From Hormiphora californensis (taxonomy: Eukaryota > Animalia > Ctenophora), in contig CM035358.1 in NCBI GenBank assembly GCA_020137815.1, forward strand, positions 4,526,001 to 4,590,000: a stretch of 64,000 bases of DNA, read 5' to 3'. This document shows, one piece after another, positions 34,995 to 60,826 of this stretch (position 1 is its first letter; each line of letters starts with the position of its first letter). The translations under genes and the position numbers were made by a program. Under the pieces are notes generated by a model. It searched no databases, was not told where the DNA came from, and saw nothing but the letters and a program-made list of their open reading frames with translations.

Positions 34995-36743
34995 TAATAG
35001 AGATTTCGAGTCGCTAAGAGAGAGAGAGAGCGAGATAGAGCTATAAGCGAGAGAAGATAGAGATAGAGCTAGCTAGAGACTAGATATAGAGGATAGATAG
35101 AGAGAAAATCTTCCAGATATAGGGACAGAAGAGACTGAATGAATTTAAGATCACGGAGGTACATCCAATCCGGGGGTTCGATAACGTATCTAACGTAATC
35201 TTAATTTTCCAAATAATGTACCTAAATGAACAACAACAGCCAGTACCGCTGTTAAATGGCATTCCTCCACGTCTGAAGGGCCCAGTTATAACTGGAAAGA
35301 TGCGTGTGACGAGTTTCGGGGTCAGACATTGTGATAGTACCACTGGTAATGAAAGTTATCCGCATAAATGCCAGCATCTGCAAACTGAGCTGTCTGGCGG
35401 CGCCAAACAGCTCTGACAGATCCTGACAGTGCGCTCAGATGGGGTCACGGCGCCAGACAGAAACTGAATGTTTTGTTTTTTTGGCGCCAATAATTGGCGC
35501 TAATAAATTGGCGCCAAAAAGTGGCGCTAACAACTAGCGCTCAAGGGTTAGTTAGTCGAAATTTTAAAGTTGGCGCTAATGATTGGCGCCAATTTTCCAT
35601 CCTATGACCCTAAATATTCAACAAATTGGCGCCAACAGTTGGCGCCAACTTTTGCCAGAGTTGGCGCCAAAACTTAGGGTCAAGGATGGGTGGCGCCAAT
35701 TTCAGAATTGGCGCCAATTTTTTAAGGTTCACCCAAGTGAACCGCCAAAAGCCGGCGCCAAAAAGAGCTTTGGCGCCAAAAAAACCGGCGCCAAATCGCG
35801 TTTTGGCGCCGGTATTTTTTATTGGCGATAATATTTGGCGCCAAAAATGGTTTTTGGCGCCAAAAAATCGAAAATTGGCGCCAAAAATTGGTCACTTAGG
35901 GTCATGACCCTTTTACCCATTTGGCGAATTTGATGGCGCCAAATGGCGCCATATGGCGCCATTTGGCGCGCACGACCTAATCTTTCATACTACCCTTACT
36001 TCCTTCCTGTACTTGACTGCAACCACTCTAATCCTGCATTTTCGGAACGTGTTCGTCTCAACACTGCGCGTCGCAGACTGTACCAAACCCGGGCGAACAA
36101 GCTAACAATAGTGCAATTACATGCGCGCGATGTACTATATCGCATGGAAGTTCACTATTGTTAGCTCGCCCACTCGGGTTAGCTCGTTCACCCGCGACGC
36201 GCAACGTTGAGACGAACACGCTCCGAAAAGAGAGCATAACCTACTTTCCTCCCGGTAGATACTGCAACCACTCTAACCTACTTTCCTCCCTGGTAGATAC
36301 TGCAACCACTCTAACATACTTTCCTCCCGGTAGATACGTTGGATCATTCTGTGGTCTGGCCTATGTGTTCTTCTTTCCCTGTGCAATCTACCTACTCCAT
36401 TCCTACAAGAATACCACTCTTACTTGGTGAGTACTTACTATAATTCAATTCTCTCAAGAAACAAATTGGCGAGGTTTTCTAAATTCAAGCTTAGTTAAGA
36501 AATTTCCCAATCCTTCCTCCTAATTACTACACGACCACCATTCACCAATCTCGTAAAAACCAAACTATCAATGATAGTATCATGTCCTAGATCGGGATTA
36601 GATCCAAACAGAATCAGAACACTCCAGTAATAATCTAACACTCCCTCTACCACAGGTACTCAGCCCTATTCCACACTCTGATAATTCTGTTCGGAGTGTT
36701 CAACCTTGTCTCTCAGTTTATCACCTTCTCCGACTACCTTTGA
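24920..36743 (+). CDS. SLC38A9: Lysosomal amino-acid transporter/sensor SLC38A9-like; visible exons 24920-24993, 25361-25487, 25698-25783, 31735-31814, 34262-34414, [missing exons], 36334-36426, 36656-36743
   Basis: Spliced product MVTRDSDDEESVPLI...RRPF...RYRYYQRLAPP..FVPDHIIPP...SSMVTIFSLWNTMLGTSLLCMP...HAG...GALTCYTALLVV...EFADV; C-terminus RYVGSFCGLAYVFFFP...LTW...LFHTLIILFGVFNLVSQF. Phases of the first five exons are consistent. Confidence 0.9.
26030..31740 (+). repeat. ~35-bp pyrimidine-rich minisatellite (~5.7 kb, ~160 copies) made of the SLC38A9 exon-4 acceptor
   Basis: Unit CTCCCACCCAG|TTTCTCTCCTCCCAACTCCTCTCC; the real junction is CCCTTCCCAG|TTTCTCGCTGTGG at 31734/31735. Confidence 0.95.
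32139..32770 (-). CDS. Antisense gene nested in an SLC38A9 intron, encoding a small secreted protein; exons 32770-32716 and 32578-~32139
   Basis: MMKRFLLILILFDIANAK|GFVWKEIANNVLIEH...CTL...VWAFRKS...VKVWRDGVLVYSYEF...KCESIW; signal peptide and a GT-AG intron in phase. The 3' end is uncertain. Confidence 0.7.
32954..33062. mobile_element. 109-bp MITE
   Basis: Full TIRs and 8-bp TSD ATAATGAT. Confidence 0.9.
33389..33996 (+). mobile_element. Non-autonomous Helitron-like element
   Basis: A|TCTTATATTGAG start, GGTAAG(T/C) microsatellite near the 5' end, 3' hairpin TTCGCCCGTAGGGCGAA then CTAG|T. Confidence 0.65.
35480..35995. mobile_element. GGCGCC-rich repeat, including one end of the Merlin-like element
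   Basis: Dense TTGGCGCCAA motifs; ends with GCACGACCTAATCTTTCATACTACC, as at 40565. Confidence 0.7.
36240..36337 (+). repeat. Three tandem copies of the SLC38A9 penultimate-exon acceptor
   Basis: (CTACTTTCCTCCCGGTAG|ATACTGCAACCACTCTAAC) x2, then the functional ...CCCGGTAG|ATACGTTGG; a degenerate copy lies at ~35996-36033, beyond an inserted MITE. Confidence 0.85.
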
Positions 36744-37671
36744 AGATATCAGTGGATTATTGGAGTATTTTGGAAAAGAGATCAGAAAACAACTGGAGAC
36801 CGTCAAGACACAGATATTTTAATTAAGTCACCAGTTAAATCGAGAAGTCTATGAGAGAGAAGGATTTTAGGGCCAGAGACATAATGATTGAACTGGAGAG
36901 GGATGTGATTGTGTGCCAAGTTAGATGTTAGTGTTTTATGATTTTATGTCGTTTTTTGTATGTGCATGAAAAGTAGAGTAATAATTTGTTGACAACATCT
37001 ATGACAGATCACGTGAAACTGATGAGGATCTAATTTCTTTTTGATATTGATGAGGAAATGATGCAGGTGACATTTATATGCCAGAAACGTAGGATTTGTA
37101 ATTTTGAGCTGAAGCAGTTCCATCAGTGATGTTTTCAGTACCCGTCAGTCCTTCCATTCTTTCAGAATGAGTCAAATCAAAAGGGGTCGGGTATAACAGT
37201 AGTCGACATGACAAGAGTTTTTCAACGAAGATGTGTATTTGTTTTGTATCCCATTTTGATATTTTTCAAACTTCCCTAAAACCGGTTACCATTTCTTGAC
37301 ATGTTCCTTGCCTGTCAGCTCTCGCACCGGGCCGAAGGCCCGGTGTGAGCTTACGCGAGCCCGCTTAAGGGGCCGAATGGACAGACTGCGTAGCATTGCA
37401 AACCATTTCACTTTTTCCTAAGTAGTACTCCTAATCCATGATCGGGAAAGCAGAAACATCGGCCAACACTGTCATACTGAGCTCATTTACATTAGTACTT
37501 TACGGGAGGTGAATATGATGGAGTACCACTGGTACAGTACTAGCACTGTCAATGTACATCTCCCGCTAGATAGAGCGATGATTGCACGACTCAGTCCCGT
37601 CACTGACCACTGACCAAGTGACCTGTACTGCAGTGACCGTCACCAAAGTTGACCGCCCCTTCAGCTTCACC

Positions 37672-37955
37672 TGTCTGGCGGCACTAGACCCCGTTTTGGC
37701 AGTGCGCTCAGATCCGTCAGAACATTGGCCTGACCTTGGTGACATAGACACTCGGTCGCGCCAGGTGTCTATGTCACCAAGGCCTGACCCTATTCTCATT
37801 TCTTCAATTAGCGCGAGAACTGCGGTCAGAGCATTGGCCTGACCTGTCAGAGCATTGGCCTGACCCATTCTCGTTTCTCTCAAATTTGGAGCGCGCGAGA
37901 ACTGTGGTCAGAGCATTGGCCTGACAGGCTCAGATCGGGTCGGCGCCGCTAGACA
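37672..37955. mobile_element. Nested CTGTC-ended mini-elements (GTCAGAGCATTGGCCTGAC family inside the CTGTCTGGCG...GCGCTCAGAT family)
   Basis: The same motifs recur at ~1740-1915, 3916, 21967-22052, 35390-35460, 38335-38420, 41970 and 61325-61397. Confidence 0.6.
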
Positions 37956-38418
37956 TCACTGAAAATGAATCAGAACCGTACCCCATTCCTGTCCACCCGA
38001 TTCCAATTGTCCAATTAAAAGAGTCATTTGTTGGTCGGGGGAATAAATAAAAGCAACTACAAATAGCTTAAAATGCTGTACAAAATACACGTGAGATGAT
38101 CTCGGAGATCTCTATCACGTGGACACTTTCGATTTAACTCGGCTCACTTTCCGTCACACAACAACATCTCAATTATGTGATACTTCATAGTGAAACACAT
38201 ATATTGCCAATTTGCATCCCTCGGCAAAAAGCCGATTATATGTTCCGAATCCTAATAACAGCAACTAGACAATGTACCCTATCATACCAATTAAATACCA
38301 ATTAAATACCATACTGGAGATCTCAAAACACAACTGTCAGGCCAATGCCCTGACACACAACCCTACCTGTCTGGCGCCGCGACCCATCTGAGCGCACTGG
38401 GGTATGGCGCCGCCATAC

Positions 38419-40565
38419 GGTAGTATGAAAGATTAGGTCGTGCGCGCCAAATGGCGCCATATGGCGCCATTAAATTCGCCAAATGGCGCCACGTGGCGAA
38501 TAAATGGCGCCAAAATGTGGCGAGTGCGCACTATCGCCAAATATCGCCATTTCTGGCGCCAAATGGCGCCATTTGGCGCCAAATCTGGCGCCACGTGGCG
38601 CCAGTGGCGATCGCCATTCGCCAAATATTGGCGACTCTTGGCGGTATCGCCACGTGGCGATGGTACAAAGTCTGAAAAAAACATGCGCAACATATTTATC
38701 GCCAAATGGCGCCATTTGGCGATAAGAATAGCAAATTTTCAATGCTTTCCAAAATATGACGCTCGCCACTCGGCGCCGCGTGGCGCCATTTGGCGAAAAA
38801 ATCGCCAACCGGCGCCATATGGCGCCAAATGTTGCTAGTTGCGCCAAACGTCGCCATGCGGCGCCAAATTTTTGTCAAATGTTTGTCGCCAAACGTCGCC
38901 ATATGGCGCCATTTGTCGCCACTTGGCGCCGAACGTCGCCATTTGGCGCCAAATGTCGCCATATAGCGCCAAATGTCGCCATATGACGCCAAATATCGCC
39001 AAATATCGCCATATGGCGCCAAATATCGCCATATGGCGCCAAATATCGCCATATGGTAAAGTTAGTTCGCCATTTGGCGCCGAACGTCGCCACATGTCGC
39101 CATATGGCGCCAAATGTCGGTCAAAGTTAGTTCGCCATTTGGCGCCGAACGTCGCCACATGGCGCCAAATGTCGCCATATGGCGCCAAATGTCGGTCAAA
39201 GTTAGTTCGCCATTTAGCGCCAAATGTCGCCATATGGCGCCAAATGTCGCCATATGGCGCCAAATGTCGGTCAAAGTTAGTTCGCCATTTGGCGCCGAAC
39301 GTCGCCACATGGCGCCAAATGTCGCCATATGGCGCCAAATGTTGGTCAAAGTTAGTTCGCCATTTAGCGCCAAACGTCACCATATGGCGCCAATTGTCGC
39401 CATATGGCGCCAAATGGCGACGTTTGGCGCCAAATGGCGATGTTTGGCGCCAAGTGGCGCCATATGGCGACAAATATTTGACAAAAATTTGGCGCCATAT
39501 GGCGACATTTGGCGCCAAATGGCGACGTTTGGCGCCAGATGGCGACTAACATTTGACAAACAGTTTGCGCCATATGTCGCCATTTGGCGCTATATGGCGC
39601 CAAATGGCGACGTTCGGCGCCAAGTGGCGACAAATGGCGATGTTTGGCGCCAAATGGCGACAAATATTTGACAAAAATTTGGCGCCATATGGCGACATTT
39701 GGCGCAAAATGGCGACTAACATTTGACAAACAGTTTGCGCCATATGTCGCCATTTGGCGCTATATGGCGACATTTGGCGCCAAATGGCGACGTTTGGCGC
39801 CAAGTGGCGACAAATGGCGACGTTTGGCGCCAAATGGCGACAAACATTTGACAAAAATTTGGCGCCATATGGCGACATTTGGCGACGTTTGGCGCCGAAT
39901 GGCGACGTTTGGCGCTAAATGGCGCCATATGGCGATTCTTGGCGCCATATGTCGCCAAATGGCGACAAACGGCGCCATTTGGCGAATTAATCGCCAGTTG
40001 GCGCCACGTGGCGCAGAACGGCGAGTGTACACCTTTGAAAACCAATGAAAATATTATTGATACATCGACAAATGGCGATGTTTGGCGATGAGTATCGCCA
40101 AGTGGCGCCAAATGGCGCCATATGGCGAAAAATTCGCCAAATGGCGCGATTTGGCGCCATTTTGTGAAGATTGGCGCCAAACGGCGCCATTTGGCGACGA
40201 ACGGCGCCAGATGTCGCCAAACGGCGCCATTTGGCGACTTGATCTCCTGATCACTTAATGGCGCCAAATGGCGCCATTTGGCGATAACAATTTTGCGCAT
40301 GTTTTTTTTCAGACTTTGTACCATCGCCACGTGGCGATACCGCCAAGAGTCGCCAACATTTGGCGAATGGCGATCGCCACTGGCGCCAGATTTGGCGCCA
40401 AATGGCGCCAGAAATGGCGCCATTTGGCGATAGTGCGCACTCGCCACATTTTGGCGCCAAATGGCGCCATTTGTTCGCCACCTGGCGCCATTTGGCGAAT
40501 ATGATGGCGCCATTTGGCGCCATATGGCGCCATTTGGCGCGCACGACCTAATCTTTCATACTACC
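38419..40565. mobile_element. 2.15-kb foldback transposon with 8-bp TSD (Merlin-like) and GGCGCC minisatellite interior
   Basis: CGCCATAC|GGTAGTATGAAAGATTAGGTCGTGCGCGCC...GGCGCGCACGACCTAATCTTTCATACTACC|CGCCATAC; no transposase. Confidence 0.85.
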
Positions 40566-40652
40566 CGCCATACAGACCAAGGCTCACCCTACCCCACTGA
40601 ATATCTGTCAAAAGCACAAAACTAAACAAACTATAATATATTCCAATCTCTC

Positions 40653-54013
<13,361 letters not shown>

Positions 54014-55143
54014 GACCCAGCTAGAACATGGGGATAAGTTATGTTTTGCTGTTCTCTTAGTTAAAGTAACAAACTCTCCCTGACAATCAATAAACAACCA
54101 ATCTGACAATAGCAGTTTTTTTTAAACAAATCGGGGTCTGACTGTATTGTGGTGTGAGGTGTCTCCACTTGTCATGCCCTGTCGACTCTCCAGGGCATGA
54201 CAAGGTCTAACCCCCAGATAGCTAGAACATAACAACGTGAGATGCATGAACCTCATGAGTCACAATGGAACTTGCTATTCTTGACCCTCTCTCACAACGA
54301 TAGGGGAGCTAATGTGGACCATACAACAAATAGCCCACTTTTTATCAAAAATTCTCCTTAAAATTTTGAAATCTTGTAATCTTTTTCATGAACAAACTAC
54401 ACAGGAGTCAGTTCCTCACAGAGCCTCCCCTCCCTGGAAACCCGTATCGTAGGGAAATAATTTTCAGCTTTTTCAGTCACTCGCAGTAGTCCAGTCATTG
54501 AATGACTGTCATTCCCTTGATCCATTTTGTGAACTTCCGCTGGCTCGCTTCAACGTTTTGAACTGGATGTCAGACATCTTTGGCGAATCCCAGATTTATT
54601 TATGTAATTTATGATTAAAAACAATTTAAGCATGCGAAATTTAAGTAAAACATGCTTCAGTCCCCTGAAACAATGTGCAAAAGGCGAGACGAAGGCGAAA
54701 ATTCAAATTCGTAAACAAAAAGTTCTTGATCTTGTCGAAAATTTCTTTTTTCGAGATAAAATAAATAAAAAAGGATTATTCTGCGCTGCAAAATTGTAAA
54801 TTTATGGAAGGCGCGAGTTAATATTTAACTAAAACGCTGCATTTTATAATGTTTTCGTGCGCGCGGAAAAATCAACCCGATTTCAATTCACTAACTTTTT
54901 CAAAGTTCAAAATTGAAAAGCGCTGCTAGCAACGTTTGCCAAAGTTCAAAACATCTGTTGGCAGGCCGATGCCCGCTTGTGGCCGCCATTTTGTCGTGGT
55001 TGTGAGGTTTTCATATGTAAAGCATGCATTTTTTAGTCAACAGAAAGGAACACGAAATGTAGCTCAAACTAGAGTTGTTAGCAATTTTCCGCCGTTAATA
55101 ATGTCAGTTGTCACCATTATTGTGAAATCATTTAGGCTGTAAA

Positions 55144-56160
55144 ATGACTCCTACCAACACATCTCTGGTGAAGTACGATAACCCCAAGCTAGTGAGCAGG
55201 AGCACAGATGCGAAGGCTCAGCGAAAACAGAAGAGCCCCCAGCAGTCTCCTGCTCCCGGTGTGCCCGGAACGAGAGACAGCAAACTTCCCCCTCTTGACG
55301 TGAAGAGCCAGCAAGCTGAAGACATTCTTAACTCCATCCTCCCTCCCCGAGAGTGGACGGAGAGTGGCCAGTTGTGGGTGCAACAGGTATCCAGCACCCC
55401 TGCCACTCGACTCGATGTTATCAATCTCCAGGAGCAACTAGACATTCGTCTACAACAACGGCAGGCTCGAGAGACCGGTATCTGTCCCGTCCGACGAGAG
55501 CTTTACTCTCAGGTAAACGACAGAAATTAGGAATATTCACTACCAAATATACCAATATACCCCAATATACCAATATACCCCATTATTTAATCTTGTTGGT
55601 CCCCAGTGTTTTGATGAGCTGATACGACAAGTGACGATCTCGTGCGCCGAGAGGGGTCTGTTGCTCCTCCGAGTTCGTGATGAAATCCGAATGACGATTG
55701 CTGCCTACCAGACACTGTACGAGAGCAGTGTTGCCTTCGGCATGAGAAAGGCGCTCCAGGCTGAACAAGGTATGGTATTGATTTGGTAATGAAATTACCC
55801 CTCCGCGATATAATCGCTCACGGATGCAATAATAGGGGGTGACTTCGTAACCAAGGTATTCATGGTATGGGGGGGGGGGGGGGTGTGCGGGAGAGAAATC
55901 TGGACTTTTATTAAACCCGTCATCCCGCCACAGGTAAAACCGACATGCAGAAGAAGATTGAGGAACTGGAAGAAGAGAAGAAAGATCTTGAGCGACAGGT
56001 GAACGAGCTGAAATCCAAGTGTGATGCGATCGAGAAGCGAGAGGCAGAGAGGAGGGTCGTCGAGGAGAAGAAGCATGCGGAGGAAATCCAATTCTTGAAG
56101 AGGACCAACCAGCAGCTGAAGACCCAGCTTGAAGGAATCATCCAGCCGAGCAAGAAATAA
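55144..56160 (+). CDS. DNALI1: Axonemal inner-arm dynein light intermediate chain p28; exons 55144-55512, 55607-55769, 55934-56160
   Basis: SLVKYDNP...EDILNSILPPREW...WVQQVSSTPATRLDVINLQEQLD..LQQRQARETGICPVRRELYSQ|CFDELIRQVTI.CAERGLLLLRVRDE...AFGMRKALQAEQG...EEIQFLKRTNQQLK. Confidence 0.97.
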
Positions 56161-56528
56161 ACGAGATATGAGGGAGAGAGAAATGGACAGATTTTATATT
56201 CACCATCGGTGAGTGGTGATAGAGAGAGTGAGGAAACAGAATGATAGAGGTTGAGCCCCTAATTGTACATAGCTTATAGCATTATATTTCCACACACACC
56301 GACCGAGAGCTTTGTGCAGTTTTGCGTGGTGGTGTTGTATAGATATACCCACATGTTGCACGTTGTGTAAAAATGATTTTGTAACCTGTTGGAACACTTT
56401 CCTATTGCCTTTTTCTCGGTAAAATGTCGAGTTTTCTTTCTGTCTAACTATTTTCAGTAATTTTACAACCGGATATAATAACGATTTAACCTCTTGTCTA
56501 GTCATGCTGTAGCAATAGAAGGTATAGG

Positions 56529-59500
56529 AATGGTTAGCACCGGTGCTGGAGATAAAACTAACGGTGCTGCAGAGAAAGATGAAGTAAAGACACCCTATCA
56601 TGCTCGGTTTCTAGCACGAATTTTAAGGTTTGAGTTTCTACTTTATTTTGTTCTGCAAAATGATTATTGTAAAACTCAATGATTCTCCTGCAACTACTGA
56701 TTATATTGTAAATTTCATCCCATCCTTCTTTTTAGATCCAGTCAATTTACAGTAGGGGCTGATGGGAAACAAAAAACAAACCTAACTCCAGTACTGCTGG
56801 AAGCAAGGAAATATCAGAATATCTTCAGTGAAGAACGGTCATCTTCAGTCCCTGATGTAAGTATACTAACAGACTAAGTAGTTTTGAACTTTGAGATAAG
56901 AATGAAAAATGGTAATACCTGGCTCTCTATCTCACCCAGCTCTCAATTCTCTCTCTCTCTTTCCCATCCTAACCTCTCTCCTCTCTCTCAACCAGGTACC
57001 AGATTGGGAGTTACTACACTCAATTGTTGGTCTCTACGACAACTATCTTCCAGAGATTACCCCAGAAGTACTCTATCCACCCCTCAATCTCCCCTAAAAT
57101 TTTTTTCCCCCCAAACCATTTGTAATACCCCAACACACTTAAACACACTAAATCAACTTAATTTCATTCTTACTTTACCGGGGCCCACCCCTAATAGGCA
57201 CCAAAACCCCTAAACAACTGTACAGGTGTTCATCCTTAAAAACCCTCGTTGAAAATTAGTTTTTAGAAAATGATGCCCCCCAAATTTAATGAAGGCAGGG
57301 AAATAAAGGAGGGAAAAAAACCAAAAAACAAAAAGGAAAAAAAACTGAAAAAAAAAAAAAAATGGGGGAAAGGGGAAAGAGGATAGAACTTTTGGGGGGG
57401 GGTTTTTTTTTTTTTTTGGGACGAAGAATCAGATAGTGAATCAGAAAGGTATGAAAAAATTTTTAAATCAGTATTATTTTAATTGAAATTGTTTTTTAAA
57501 GCTTTATTTCTTGGAGAACGGAAAAGCTTTTTAGTTTAAAAGAAGGGGAAAGGGGGGGGGTTGAAGAGACGGGGTTTCTTAAGAAAAGGAGAGGGAAAGG
57601 GGAAAAGGGGAGGGGGGAGGAGGAGAGAGGGGAGAGAAAGAGAAGAGAAGGAAGGAGAGAGAGCGAGAGAGAAGAGAGAGAAGAGAGAGAGAGAGGAGAG
57701 AGGCGAGAGGAGAGGAGGCCCCCCCAAAAAAAAATAGAAAAATGCCCAAGGGAAAAAAGAAAGAAGGGGAAGGGGAGGGGAGGGAGGAGGATGAGGAGGA
57801 GATTGCGAAAACCCATAATCCCTATTTTTAGATCTCCCTGATCGACTTTCCCCCTCAAATTTTTTTTCCCCTTTTTTCCTCCTCCCTCTCTCTCTCTCTC
57901 TCTCAGTTCGGATGATGGGTCAGATGACGATGATAATGAACATTACGCTGCAGGGATTGATGAGTACTTAGAAAATGTGGAGAAACGACGAAATCTTCGA
58001 GAGGAAAATAAGAACAGGTTTGTTTTGCTGGGGTTTTTCCCAGCCCATCTCACTGTGGTTTATGTAAAAGAAGGGCTAGAGCATTATAACATCGTGCTTG
58101 TTGTTTCTGTTAATTTGGCAATGAAAAGTCCCGAAAAATGTTCTCTTTATTCAAAATATCTTTATCCGCAGTATTGCAAGTGTAGGAGTGGAGTCTCTCC
58201 TTGTAGCTGCTGCCACCTTCAAGAGAGTACATGATAATGAGGAAAATCTCAGGAGGGACAGAGAGAAAATCATCCAGTTGACACTTTTAGCAGTCCGGAA
58301 AAAATTCCGTAAATTGGGAATTGGCCGACAGCTTTTAAATGTACGTTTGAAAACATAAGTTTATTGAAGTTTATGCTATCCTTGGCCTTTATCATTAGTG
58401 TCTACCTCTCTCACACCATCTCTCTATTTCAGTTTCTTCGGAACCCGATAGTTGTCGGGGAGTATGATGCCCTCGTATCCTATGTCGATCCTGGTGCAAC
58501 TGTGTTCTTCCTTCGGAACGGTTTCTCCAGTGACGCCATCCTGAACAACAGGTTCCGTGATTTGGTTGACCATTGGGATAACTCAACGCTCATGAGCTAC
58601 CTGCCGCCGTACTCAGGTTGGATTTTAATACTTTCCCGATATAAACTTCGATTTGTTTCCTGTTTCAAATTTGGACTCCCCCATTATATTACCACTTTCC
58701 ACTCCTCTATCGACTATCCTATCTCCCTCTGTCTAGCTCATTTCACTATTCACTACCCTATCATCTATCGATCTAACTCTTTTTATGAGACTCATTCCAC
58801 CCTCCACAACTCTATCCTATCTCCCTCTGTCTACCCAGAATGCTTATCTACCGGCACGGCCTCTCTTGTCAAAGAGATGAGCTCGAGTTTGAGTGACGAC
58901 ATCAAAAGATGGCGAAGTGCCAGTGTCGATGCGTATCAGTCCCAATTGAGGTGCCTGGAAAGAATGAGACATGAGATAATGTTGCTCAGAACCACCGTCG
59001 GCACTCAGGTGTGTACTAAAAATGTGATATCTCTGCCAGGCCATTCTCAATTTAAACAACGAATGAACTAATCTTTATTTTATTTTCGGTTTAGGAAACA
59101 ACGATAAACTCTCTAACTATGGAAATTGATCGCCTTCGACTAAGCAAGGGAGTGTGCGAGCGAGAATTCCGGGAGTATCGGGCACAGGTTCGTCATCATT
59201 ATTTTACTATCCTTCTTTATCTTTCTATCTTTCTATCTCTCTATCTTTCTATCGCTCTACCCCCCCTGCAGGTTAGGTCGATGCTAAGTAGGCTCAGGGA
59301 GGGCAAAGAAGACTTTGATGCGGCCGAAAATGAGATTATGCAATTGACTCTTTTGGAACCAAAAGATAATTTGGTGAAAGCTGTTAGCGGAGATTCGGAC
59401 TCAGTGTTGCAGGTTGGACGAAATATTTTGGAACCGCGGTGAAAACTTGTTAGAGCCCATATTCCTCTTTTTTACTAAGTTTACTATAATAACTTTTGCC

Positions 59501-60603
59501 TACTGAGGTAGACCTAGGCGGTTTTAAATATTATTTGAGTTTTTAATTTCCGTCCTGATTTATGTTTAATGACCTCTTTGATACAAAACTCCCTGATCAT
59601 TTCAATTTCACTTCGTTTTGTTGGCAAAAAGACAAATAATCCCCTCGTTTTTTTCTAAAAACTATTTGCTTGTAATCATCTCGATTTTCCCAAAAAGTCA
59701 ACACCTTCCCACGTTAATCGCAGGTAGGAGAAGAAGAATACAGAACGATAGAAGATGAATTCAGGGCTGAAGTCTGTAAGGTTCCTTCCTATCACACCAT
59801 TCGAATATCAATCATTGAAAAGGTTTGTCACTCGCCCGTGTTCTTTTCTAATTTCCTCGACGCCCCTCAGTGTTTCTTAACACTCATTTTCTCCACTATT
59901 ATAGCCGAACCCCAAGAAAGCAAATCAACTACTAACATCCTTTAATGTTCGCTGTAACGCTCTCCGGGATCCAAACCTACGGACGAGACTGTACTACTGT
60001 GGGGGAAAGGCAGGGACCCTTCACAGGATTTTGCGGGAAGGTTTCCAGGCGAAAGACATGGTAGCGGGTGATTATGGGGTTGGTCTCTACTTTACCCAGA
60101 ATCCAGTTCGGGCAATGCAGTACTCTGAGCCGGGTTTGTTGTTGCTCTGTGAGGTTGGCATAGGAATGGCCGAGTCTGTCCTGAAAATGGATAAAAGCAG
60201 GTTGGTGTGGCGCGCGGTAACGTAGATAAAGTTGAAATTTCCAGTTGTTAGCAGTGTTTGTACTAGATGCGGTGCGCGCGACATCACAGTTGCTACGCGA
60301 CACTGCAGTAGGATCATAGCAACTCTGAGACACTCTGTACATTCTTGCAGAAATAGGCCTCCAGTTGGATACGATTCAGTGCTCACTGGTGATAGAAATG
60401 TAGATCATGTTGGAATTTACAGCCACCAAAGGCACAACGAGCTTCAGTATCTCATATTTGATAGCACACAGGTAAGGAGGCGTTTGTTTACAACATTGCA
60501 AAAATTAAAAATGGATAACTTATAAAAGTACAGACAAAACAGATCAATATCTTTCCATTTCTTTCAGGCGATACCGCTCTACCTACTGTGCTTCAACATT
60601 TAG
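56529..60603 (+). CDS. Multi-exon gene: GCN5-like GNAT acetyltransferase + coiled coil + C-terminal PARP-like (ADP-ribosyltransferase) domain
   Basis: Exons give QLTLLAVRKKFRKLGIGRQLLN|FLRNP...ALVSYVDPGATVFFLRNGFS...DHWDNSTLM (GNAT), then a coiled coil, then RLYYCGG...ILREGF...GDYGVGLYF...AMQYS...LLLCEVGIG...PVGYDSV...LQYLIFDSTQ|AIPLYLL (PARP fold). The start codon and the 57.1-57.9 kb part are uncertain. Confidence 0.75.
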
Positions 60604-60826
60604 TAATCGGACAATTTACATTAATAGATACTGGACAGGGTTGCATGTCTCCAGATTCCCAGAATCGTTTCTCTTTCTGTGTGTATATACTTTCGTGCGA
60701 TTTATGTGCGTGTTTTATTTGATAAATTTTATTCTTTCTCAGGAGAATTTAGTAATTTTTCCCATTTTCCAACCCCGACGACATAATAACATCTCGGATC
60801 TCCCTCACACGACTCTATTTCTAGCA

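Noticed and set aside
38433-40551. Dozens of MAPNGAIWR-type ORFs
   Set aside because: They appear on both strands in all frames of a GGCGCC repeat inside a TSD-flanked non-coding element.
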